A stretch of DNA of 64,000 nucleotides from Girardia tigrina. Lineage: Eukaryota. This document shows, piece after piece, positions 1-10,671 of this stretch. The translations under genes and the position numbers were made by a program. The DNA is taken from contig MQRK01236447.1 in assembly GCA_001938485.1 (NCBI GenBank), positions 7,738 to 71,737 on the forward strand. The letters run 5' to 3'. The notes below the pieces were generated by a model. That model was not told the DNA's origin. It ran no database searches and saw only the letters and a program-made list of their open reading frames with translations. Within the stretch, counting starts at the first letter, position 1; each line of letters starts with the position of its first letter.

Positions 1-34
<34 letters not shown>
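1..34. repeat. (AT)n microsatellite
   Basis: Pure AT dinucleotide run. Similar runs occur at ~20266-20301, 39072-39218 (spanning a gap), 42809-42840 and 60186-60207. Confidence 0.95.
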
Positions 35-37
<3 letters not shown>

Positions 38-547
38 GTACTATATTTATATAACAATAATATATTAATATTCATGGTTGATATTGTGATCATTCTTCAG
101 TAAATAGTTGATGATACACATAGTGATTGTATATAATATATAATAATAATATTATATATATGTTACATATAATATATGTCTAACATATATATATATTAAA
201 ATGTTCATTTTTTGAAAGGTTGATAAGGTAATGGTTGATACAATTAGGGTTACTTTTTATTGCTGTTAAGGTAGATTTGAAGGTTTTTATATACAAATGG
301 CTGTTCATGAGGTGATTTTGATGGTTGACGATATGGTTGTTAAGGTATATTTGATAGCTGATATGGTACTTTTAATGGTTGATAAAGTATATTTGATAGT
401 TGATATGGTAATTTTTGATGGTTGCTGGTATGTTTGATAAGGTATATTGGATAGTTTATAGTATGATGGTAATGGTTGATAAGGTAGTTTTTATAGTATT
501 TTATATATTATTCAGCATTTTCTGTATTTTTTACATATTCAGTTTTG

Positions 548-2357
548 CATGACGATATCACCTTGGATACGTTCATGTTTTGAATGCTTGATACGATATT
601 GGTTGATAAAATAGTATAATATCATAATATAATACATATCTATAATATAATATTTGTACACATGATGTGCATATATTCGAAAAAGCACTAGGTATCGATT
701 TTTTCAAAAATGTTGATATTGAATGTGACTATTCATATATGAGTTACTATCCATGTGTTCAAACAGATTTTTAATATTTTGCTGTCTTCACCTTCTGCCT
801 AGGGCCTAGGCTATACCTTATGAGAGTTTTCCACCCCTTTGCACTGTAAAACACTACATCCCCTTAATCGATTAGTGTACATTTCTTCAAAAATCTAAGA
901 TCATATTCCGACTATTAATCTATGGATTTCTATACATGTGTTCAAACAGATTTTCGATATCTTACTACCTTCGACATCTGGCTAGCTGGTACATTATATA
1001 GAAAACGTAAATATAGTACACTTTGCCCAATTGTGAACTTATTGATTTTGCATACTTGCACACGTGAAGTATCGATTTGCACATGTGCAGTATTGATTAG
1101 CACATGTACAGACGAGTGCAGTATTGATTTTTTGCACTTTTTGTGTAATTTTGGTGGTTTTTACAAGTTTTCGATGATTTTGAAGGTGCTTTTCATGGTA
1201 AGGGTGATGGTTTCTAAGCTGTTTTCGATTGTTTTTATATATAATATTAAAAGGTTATGTATCATGGTTACGGTAACCAAGGTACTTTAGATGGTTGATA
1301 CCTAGTCTCTGGTACTTAGCTGATTATGCAGATGTTATGTATAATGTCGATGCATGTTTTAAGTACTATAGGAGTTTTATATATGCAGTTTTTATATATA
1401 ATATAAAAGGTTATTTATCTTGGTTACGGTAACCAAGGTACTTGTGATTGTTGATGCCTAGGCTGGGGTACATTAGGCGATTTATGAGGTATTGTTTGAT
1501 TGTAAATAACATACATATATCATAGGGGTTTTATATATATATACAAAAAAAGCACTAGGCACCGATTTTTGAGCACTTTTTTAAGAATTTCAGAAATATT
1601 CGAAAAATGCAATTTATCAGCACTTTTTCGAAAATGTTGATATGGAATCTGAATTAATGTATATGGGTTACTATTCAAGTGCATCAGCATATTTTTGATA
1701 TTCTGCTTTCTTCTGTCTCTAAAATCGATGTGCATTTTGTGTAAATTTGCACATTATGGTAATTATATGGACAATTAATAAATATATGAAATTTCTAATG
1801 GCACATTCAAATAGAGAATCAAAATGTGCATCAAACACATAATATTGATTTTTGACACAGGCACTTAAAAAATTTTATGTATTGATTTTTTACACTTTGC
1901 ACATGTGCAACTTAAAAAGCACTGTGGTAGCACATTAGAAATGTGCGGCACAATGTACAATATCGATTAGCACATCTGGGCACTGTGCAGCCATCGATTA
2001 GCACTTTTTTCTTCGGTTGCTAAGTAAAGGGTAACGGTTGCTATGAATGCGGTAACCGTTACCATGATTACAACAACCTTGAATGACTGTATCCGTTGCT
2101 AATGAAAAAAATCCTTGGTTACCGTTGCCATTGGTTGATAAGTTGGAACCGAAACCATTGCTAAGGAACCGGGAACCAATCAGAAGTGTTTCCAAGGTAC
2201 CGAGGACCAATCGGAACCGTTGCTAGGGTGGTCGGAACCGTTGCTGCCTAGGCTAGGGTGATCGGAACCGTTTCTATGGTAACCGCGACCGTTGCCATGT
2301 CAAGGGGTGACCCCGCTGGGGGGTGTTTGGCCGAATGCCCATTTTCCCCCTACTTCT
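548..2357. mobile_element. Long terminal inverted repeat (~1.8 kb) of a Polinton-like element, copy 1 (terminus at ~2354-2357)
   Basis: 548-690 is a direct match to 7620-7760. 1500-2350 is an inverted, diverged match to 2710-3560. The minus-strand end reads AGAAGTAGGGGGAAAATGGGCATTC versus AGAAGGGGAAAAATGGGCATTC at 2707. 5'-AG termini are typical of Polintons. Confidence 0.75.
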
Positions 2358-2757
2358 GCTCTTCGATGAACGTTATCTCTTCTTGTGTGATTCTGACTGT
2401 TTCATCTCTTGGACAGTAATAGAGCATACTTCTTACGAACGTACGTGATTCAAGTTCTCTATTAAATTTCACGCACCAATATGTAGTTATCCAATCTTGA
2501 AGGAAATTGTAGGATATGTTAACACAACAGATTTATCACCATGTAAATATTTACGAGACCATTTATTTGCCGAATCAATACACACTTGAAAAATCTTCTT
2601 AGTGGTAATCTCTCTTTAGAGTTTGCTCTCTTTATTTGTAAGTTAAACAACTCAAAAGTGTTTTTAGTATATTGTTAATTATGTTTTGCACCTTCATACA
2701 AATCTTAGAAGGGGAAAAATGGGCATTCTCCCCACATGACCCCCCCGGGGGGAGGCC

Positions 2758-2862
2758 GTTGCCATGGCAACGGTCGCGATTACCATAGCAACGGTCACGG
2801 TTACCATAACAACGGTCGAGGTTACCATGGTAACGGTCGCGGTTACCATAGTAACGGTTCCG
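2758..2862. repeat. 21-bp tandem array (5 units) of X-box-like palindromes in the TIR
   Basis: Unit cores are GTTGCCATGGCAAC, GATTACCATAGCAAC, GTTACCATAACAAC, GTTACCATGGTAAC and GTTACCATAGTAAC at 21-bp spacing. Confidence 0.9.
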
Positions 2863-4430
2863 GTTCCCTTGGTGATGGTCCCCATGGTCTTCGTAACCAT
2901 AGCAACGGTAGCCAAGGGACGTTTTTCATTAGCAACCGATACAATGATTCAAGGCGGTTGTAACCATGGTAACGGTTCCCGTATCCACAGCAACCGTAAC
3001 CCCATCACTAAGGACCGTAGAAAGAAGTGCTAATCGATCACTGCACAGTACCCAGAGACGCTAAGGGATATTTTGAAAGTGCTAATCGGTAGTGCACATT
3101 TTGCCGCACATTTCTAATGTGCTAGCACAGGGCTTTTCAAGTTGCACATATGCAAAAGTGTATAAATCAATACATAAAATTTTTTAAAAGTACTAGTGTC
3201 AAAAATCGATATCATGTGTTTGATGCACATTTTGATTCTCTATTCGAATGTGCAATTAGAAATTTCATATATTGATTACTTTTCTCTATAATAAGCATAA
3301 TGTGCAAATTTGCACAAATTTCACTTTGATTTTAAAGGTACAAGGAAGCAGAATATCAAAAAAGTAATGATGCACTTGAATAGTAACCCACACACGTACA
3401 TTAAGATTCAACATCAACATTTTCGAAAAAGTGCTGAAAAATCAATTTTTTCGAAAATTTCTGAAATTCTCAAAAAAGTGCTCAAAAATATATATTTTCG
3501 TATATATCTGAAACCCATATGATATATGTATGTTGTTTTCCATCAAACAATACCTCATGAATCTCCTAATGTACACAAGTATAATCACAATTATCACGGT
3601 TACCGTAACCAAGATACATAATATTTTATTTTACATGTAAAATCTACATGTAAAAACTACTATTGTACTTCAAGCATGCATCAATATAATACATAACATT
3701 TTNNNNNNNNNNNNNNNNNNNNNNNNNNNNNNNNNNNNNNNNNNNNNNNNNNNNNNNNNNNNNNNNNNNNNNNNNNNNNNNNNNNNNNNNNNNNNNNNNN
3801 NNNNNNNNNNNNNNNNNNNNNNNNNNNNNNNNNNNNNNNNNNNNNNNNNNNNNNNNNNNNNNNNTATGTATATTATACAAAAACCTTAGAAACCATCATT
3901 GTTATCTTAAAAACTATGAGAAATGCTTTAAAAATCATGGAAAACATGTAAAAACCGTCAAAATTACACAAAAAGTGCAAACATCAATACTGTACTAAGC
4001 CTAGGCAGGCTGCATAGGCTGCAAATGTGCTTATCAATACTGTACATGTGCAAGTGTATGAACTTATTAATTTCAATAAATAAGTTCACAATTGTAAAAA
4101 GTGCAATGTATTCATGTTTTAATATAATATTGTGTAAAATGGGGCCGAATGCCCACAGTGGTGGAGAATGCCCATAGGGTATATAAGGAGAAACAAGCAA
4201 AATATCAAAAATCTCTCTGAACACATAGATAGAAACCCATAGGTAAATAGTAGGAATATGATCTTAGATTCTTGAAAAAATCAATACATAGTGCTTTTTC
4301 GAACATATGCACATTATGTATGTAAATATTATATTATAGATATGTATTATATTATGATATTATACTATGTTATCAACCAGTATCGTATCAACCATTCAAA
4401 ACATGGCCGTATCCAAGAAGATATCGTCAT

Positions 4431-4520
4431 GCATCCATCATGTTAATGTATTGCATTCATCATGTCAACGTATTGCATCCATGATGTCAACAAATTGTAT
4501 TCATAATGTCAACGTAATGT
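4431..4520. repeat. 22-bp tandem repeat (4 units) at the inner TIR boundary
   Basis: gcatccatcatgttaatgtatt / gcattcatcatgtcaacgtatt / gcatccatgatgtcaacaaatt / gtattcataatgtcaacgtaat. Inverted counterpart at 7572-7620. Confidence 0.8.
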
Positions 4521-4694
4521 ACAGTTGAATATTTTATATCTTATACATTTTTATATTATATATTTTATGTTATATTTTATATGTTATATATAACAAAAGT
4601 TGTTGTTTACAAGTTCATGAATAAAGACAGGTATAAGGCAAGTATGTTCAACAAACATTTATTTACATATGTTCAATATTTACAAGTATATCAT

Positions 4695-7282
4695 TCACAA
4701 ATGATAATATCCATGAGGTAATGTACTTATTTCATCTGGCAAAATATGTCGTTTATCGTCAAACCAGTCAAGGCTTTTCTTTCGCATCATTACTGTGGAG
4801 ACCTGATGTTCTCTTGATTGGATCCTTCGCATTTCAGAAATTATATTAATTTGTTCCCGCAGCACTCTCATATAATCATGGAATCCGATTTGGTTTGCTA
4901 ATGCTGCCGTTGAACTCCCGTTGCCCTCTTTTTGATCTTGCCATCCAAATCAATGGCATACATCTTAGACCGTAGTATCACAAATCTAGAGATGATTTGA
5001 CCATTGACTTCATCCTTAAACTTTCTAAGGACCTTTTTTTTGACGTTGAATAATTTGGGTGGTCCTTTGGATAGTCTAAGGTATCCATATGTTGAGACAT
5101 TTGAAAAAACTCCGCAAACAGATCTTCTGTATGAATCTGATAGACAAAGCTATCAGTATCCATATACATTAGCTGTAAATTGTGGTTGAATTTAGAGACC
5201 ATGATGTCATAGTGGAAGTCGTACATCAAGGTCTTGGATAGATCCAGGATTGACATCCCCACATATGTCGGCTTATTAAACACCAGTGATGTCTTCAGCA
5301 TATGTATACTCACCAGGTTTTCAGTGTATATGATGTTGCTGTGGAAATTTGATTTGGCAATGAGTTTCTTTGCGCGCTTCCAATCACATACCAGCTCGAG
5401 GTTGATTCTGTTCCGGATATTCTCCATCTCTTAAGTGTCACATCCCGAAAGCTCTCAAAGACATCTGTAAGAAGCAGCACATCTTTTTGGAGGTATACAT
5501 CACTATATTCCCCAAGTTTTTTGCATTTGAAAGTTTGCCAGACATTTTGCGCATGTTGATAATCAGCATCACTAATGTCGGTGTCATTAAGCTTGTTGTA
5601 AAATGCTTCTTTTACTGGTAATGCTGTTTCATCCAGCGATCGCCATGATGTTATATAGTCATAGGGGAATACTCCTTTCCTTTTGACCAAATCAAATGTA
5701 TTTGGGAAGAACTTTTTAGTTTCCTTCAGTTCATCTGCTGGAAGGTTCTTAACAAGACTGTCCAGCGATGATGACATGAATCGGAAACTATTGATGAATC
5801 GGAGCTTAATTCTTCCCACATGCTTAGTAAATGTGATGTATTTTTCCTCACTGTTTGGAATAACATCTATGTTCCCTTTGATTTTTCCCAATTCTCTTAC
5901 TATGAAATGGGAGTCATATCCACTAAGATTGTGGAANACAACAGGAATATTTGTAGATGTTTTACATCGCAAATTGCAGCTATTACATGCTGCTCCTCGA
6001 TATTTTCCAGTGAAATGACAATGGTCTTTGACTTTGTAATTTTCCTTTGTGAATGGCTTTTCACACATGTAACATTGCGTTGCCTTGTTCCATTCACATT
6101 TTTCTTGCCATGCCATTATCATGTTGAACTTGTGTTGCTGCAACATGTCTTCAATTGTGTGGGCATAAGTCTCCATACGTTTCATAAAATGTTCCGCTGC
6201 ATCTGGACTTCTGTATAGGAATGGTTCATTGTCAATACCCAATGTATACATACAGTATGATGATAGCTCATGATACTGGTATGCTGTCGTACTGCTAAGT
6301 TGCGGATCAGGATTGCATGTTTGGACTGGGTTTAGAATGGCTTCAAAGTCACAATATATGATAATTGGCACTTTCTGCATCTTTTCATATTTTTTGAATT
6401 CGATATAATCTTCTTTTGGAAATTCCGCTCTGATGCAATGATTGTTATTGCAATAGACCTTGTGCTCCTCCAACTTCATTATAGCTTCAGAACCATTAAA
6501 ATGTGTAAAACATCGTTTACAAATCTCGATACTTCCATGTTGTTTCGATATTTGGCATCTTAGAAGTCGTTCAAAGTTTTTGATCCATATAAAATGCCTC
6601 TTTTCTCCATCATCTAGCAGTAGTAAATCCCTATGGTCTTTCAATTCTTCCTTACATATAAGTAAGGGATAAAATTTTTCATTCTTCAATCCAAAAATAT
6701 TGATTGATACATTGTTGCGGCTTCCAAATTTATTGATGTCTTCCAGGCTCGGTGAGAATTTTATACAGTTGAAGTCATATGGGTACTGCAGATTGTTATA
6801 TATCCATACCAGTGATGCATGCTTCTGATCCTCAACAAATTTTGACAACATTGCATACTTGAAGCACATGTTGTCTTCATTGTGAACATTGATGCATGCC
6901 TTTTTCTTGACTATCCATTCAGGAAGCGGAATGTGGGAGCTGCCCTTCCTTGGGGAGTATTTATGAACATGTATAATCAACTGATTTACAGATGCAAGAG
7001 TCCATCCACTCTCCTTTTCCTTGCTTTCATCGGCTTCCTTCATTATCTTGGCATGTTCTTCCTTGAGCCAGTCCGTAATATCATCAGATTCCAATATTGG
7101 TCTATTTTTGGTCTTAAAGGCTCTATATGATAATTCATCTTTAACATTGGTGAATGTTGCCTACAATTTTAGGTTGACTTTGATGGCTTTGAAATCAACC
7201 ATGTTGTCTTGTAGAATCTCCATGGTTTCCTTCTTGGAATATTCCAGAAACTCATGGAGACTTGTGACTTTGCTGCCTAGGC
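4695..7282 (-). pseudogene. Polinton/adintovirus-type protein-primed family B DNA polymerase (pPolB), with frameshifts, a stop and an internal deletion
   Basis: Motifs: ESGWTL, CINVHNEDNMCFKY and HFIWIKNFERL (N-terminal region); IIYCDFEA (ExoI); CYMCEKPF..DHCHFTGKYRGAACNSCNL (endonuclease VII/HNH-like insert); FHNLSGYDSHF (ExoII); RKGVFPYDY; YMDTDSF (Pol motif C); LRSKMY; DDKRHILPDEISTLPHGYYHL* at the C-terminus. The sequence jumps from DVFESFRDVTLK to MENIRNR, so motifs A and B are missing. Confidence 0.92.
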
Positions 7283-8343
7283 NNNNNNNNNNNNNNNNNN
7301 NNNNNNNNNNNNNNNNNNNNNNNNNNNNNNNNNNNNNNNNNNNNNNNNTTTATGAATTGGTCTCTGTCTTGAGCTTTTTGATGGAATATTTGAGATATTT
7401 GTATCATTTACACGTTTTGATGGAATATTTGAAGCCTTGGCTGCCTGGCCTGCCTTGACTGTATTTGGAACAGGTATCTGCATTGAAAAATTTGTAAAAT
7501 TTACATGTTTTAAAGGAACTTTTACCTTATTTGAGCCATTTTTCTCAATTGAAACATTCTTCTCAATTGCTGATGCAATACGTTGACATGATGAATGCAA
7601 TACATTAACATGATGGATGCATGACGATATCTTCTTGGATACGGCCATGTTTTGAATGGTTGATACGATACTGGTTGATAACATAGTATAATATCATAAT
7701 ATAATACATATCTATAATATAATATTTACATACATAATGTGCATATGTTCGAAAAAGCACTATGTATTGATTTTTTCAAGAATCTAAGATCATATTCCTA
7801 CTATTTACCTATGGGTTTCTATCTATGTGTTCAGAGAGATTTTTGATATTTTGCTTGTTTCTCCTTATATACCCTATGGGCATTCTCCACCACTGTGGGC
7901 ATTCGGCCCCATTTTACACAATATTATATTAAAACATGAATACATTGCACTTTTTACAATTGTGAACTTATTAATTGAAATTAATAAGTTCATACACTTG
8001 CACATGTACAGTATTGATAAGCACATTTGCAGCCTAGGCAGCCTGCCTAGGCTTAGTACAGTATTGATGTTTGCACTTTTTGTGTAATTTTGACGGTTTT
8101 TACATGTTTTCCATGATTTTTAAAGTATTTCTCATAGTTTTTAAGATAACAATGATGGTTTCTAAGGTGTATGTATCATATACATANNNNNNNNNNNNNN
8201 NNNNNNNNNNNNNNNNNNNNNNNNNNNNNNNNNNNNNNNNNNNNNNNNNNNNNNNNNNNNNNNNNNNNNNNNNNNNNNNNNNNNNNNNNNNNNNNNNNNN
8301 NNNNNNNNNNNNNNNNNNNNNNNNNNNNNNNNNNNNNNNNNNN

Positions 8344-8382
8344 ACGCGTTTCGAGATAATAAAAATCCCATCATCAGGTCAC
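8344..8382 (-). ncRNA. Minimal type I hammerhead ribozyme (Penelope-like element type)
   Basis: Minus strand reads GUGAC CUGAUGA U GGGAU-UUUUAUU-AUCUC GAAAC GC GU. This has the catalytic core, a 5-bp stem II and the palindromic ACGCGU mini stem III. The cleavage-site C lies in the gap, but GUC is visible in the copy at 59381. Confidence 0.75.
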
Positions 8383-9039
8383 AAAATGTACCAAGCAGGT
8401 ACACTATATGGAAAGTGAAATAAAGTTATTTTCATCCAAAAATTTATTGGATAAATTTTATTTATTTTCGGCAAGTTTCCATATAGTGTACCTGAAACAG
8501 CAACAACAGCGCATAATGAAATTTTAACGAAGCGCATAATCTGCTCTAAGTTAACAAATAACAATGCCACAAGTTAATAAAACACAACAAACAGATGCAC
8601 CAAGTCCACACATAGACATAACATTGCCATAAGTTTCGTAGTACACAGTAAACATAATAATAGATGAGAAGGTATCGAGTTATAGTTTAGGAAAAATATC
8701 ATCCCCGAGCGACACTTTGCTAGGTGGGGGGCCCTTAGCTCATCCTGTCTATATCCGAACCCGATGGCCCTTCAGACTCGGCACTGTCAGGCAGATGTCG
8801 AGCAAGAAGAGGCGTCCGACCCTATAATGTATAGTAGAGAGAATAAGTATGGTAAAGAGTTGTAGTTAAATAACAAATTGAGATTGGGTTGTGGCTGACC
8901 CTTAATAGCCACTGGGGGCTCTGAGCACTTAAAATCGTTATGAACAAAAGGGTCGTGACAAATGCAACAACGAACGGCCCATCTTCCTTTTCAATATCGT
9001 CTAATTCTTTATAATGTTGGGGTTTCGAGAGATGCATAT

Positions 9040-10671
9040 GAACACTTTTGACAAAATTTTATGTAGAAAAAATTTTAAAATAATTATTTTGGTAAAATTA
9101 ATAATTTCAAACAAAATAATATTTAGTTTAACAAATTTGGAATTGAAAATTAAAAATATTTTAGTCTTTGTTTTATTTTATTAATTTTCAAGGCTGATGA
9201 AAACCGCTATATAAACAGCAGCAAATTTAGTTTAGTTTGCCCAAAAATTCAATTAACAAGAAAACAAAAAGAAAGGAGTCAAGTGAATTTATTATAAAAA
9301 TTTATTTTTACTTATTATTCTTTAAAACATTTTTTTATAAAACCAATAGTATCCCGTATGGGACAAAAGGGTTTTTATTAAAAAATTAAACTATCGTTCG
9401 TTTTGAGATTCACAGTTTTTACTGTAATCTGTTAACTCGTACGAAATATTTATTTGTGTTTGTGTCCTGTCATCAAGAATTGAATTATTATTATTATTTT
9501 TGACGTGTTTATTAAGAACATTTAAACAAGTCTCGTTTGAATCTTTATTGCAATTACATTTAGAGTCATTAAAACTCTCAGAAGGTCTTTCATCGTTTGC
9601 CATCGTTCTAATTGGTTTTCTTATTTCTGTTTTTAATCACGATTATTCGAACAATTTTTCTAAGTTATTTTTTAAAATATTTAACCTCTAAAAAATATTA
9701 ATTAAAAATATTAATTTTTACCATTTTTCAATAAATGCCCAAATAATAAAAATGACATCAAATTATTAAAAATGCATTTAATTTAAATTTTACTAAAAAT
9801 TATTAAACTTAATTTTAATTGTGAAATAAGATATGAACTTATAAAATGATTATTTTAATTATGTTCGAATAGTTAATCACTTTAAATTTAATAAAAAATA
9901 CCAATTTCCATCTGGGTGGGAGAATCACCATTCTAAATTCAACATACTTAAATCAAAATGCAACATCCATACATTTACACATTCAATTATTTATATGAAT
10001 CTTGTTCTTGATCAACGACTTGCCTTTTCTAAGAATTTCAAATATTTCCTTAAGTTTGATGAAGTTTTTATTGTCAAACAATCTCTTAATTTCAGCCATT
10101 GTCACTTGTAAAACCTGGTTTTGTGATCCACTGCAAGAATGACCTTCAATTGTTTTGAATGAAACAACATCATCACTCGAATTTAAAAACAACAAATAAG
10201 CACGAACCGAACACTGAACGTCTCTATACGTTGGGTTCTTACATCTGAAATATCTTTTTTCTACTGCCAAAGTTTGATTTGAAAACCATTAACCAAAATT
10301 TTTTCAAAAAATCAAAATCATTTATCGAAAAATTAACTCATCAAACTTTAGATAAAATATTAAATGAGTCAAATAGTAATAATAAAAATCTTAATAATAC
10401 GATTCATCAAACCATTTCCCTAATACAAATTATAATCCACTTGAATCAAGGTATATCTTATCGATTCCTTCTTCAGAGGGTTTTAAACATTTAAAATTAT
10501 CAATTTTGAAAAGTGTGATCCCAAATACCATGAATCTAAAAATTATTTCCCAATCATATTAAATTCGTGATATGTTCAGTAATAAATCTCCCACTCCTCT
10601 CGGTTTGTGTTTCCGATTTCCGAGACTAAATTTTCCGCGATTTAATTTTTGAGACTTAAAAGTCGTGCTCC
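9040..10671 (-). mobile_element. Degenerate DNA transposon, MULE-like, with a WRKY/FLYWCH-like zinc-finger remnant
   Basis: ORF 9983-10270 reads RYFRCKNPTYRDVQCSVRAYLL...HSC. Subterminal short repeats at 10600-10670. The ~450-bp part 9505-9985 recurs at 28235-28705 (+) and ~44985-45395 (-). Confidence 0.45.

Larger units (their letters stand above)
2707..8186 (-). mobile_element. Compact Polinton-like element: TIR (2707-4479), pPolB, TIR (7572 to at least 8186, running into a gap)
   Basis: 3865-4479 and 7572-8186 are near-identical inverted copies; the 86-aa ORFs at 3964-4224(-) and 7827-8087(+) differ at 2 residues. They bracket a single pPolB pseudogene. The left terminus is AGAAGGGG at 2707. 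Confidence 0.8.

Noticed and set aside
2758-2862. CRISPR-like array
   Set aside because: The units are contiguous with only ~7-bp similar linkers. There are no unique spacers or cas genes, and the context is eukaryotic.
2694-3033. Repetitive ORFs (MATVAITIATV..., ..NGRGYHG..) on both strands
   Set aside because: They are by-products of the 21-bp palindromic array inside a TIR and are open in several frames, with no evidence of coding.
3964-4224. Duplicated 86-aa ORF (also 7827-8087)
   Set aside because: It is duplicated only because it lies in the TIR. It starts at a non-ATG codon, has no recognisable domain and is not preserved as such in the diverged TIR.
9192-9230. Second hammerhead candidate (CTGATGA)
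   Set aside because: There is no stem II followed by GAAA and no cleavage triplet.
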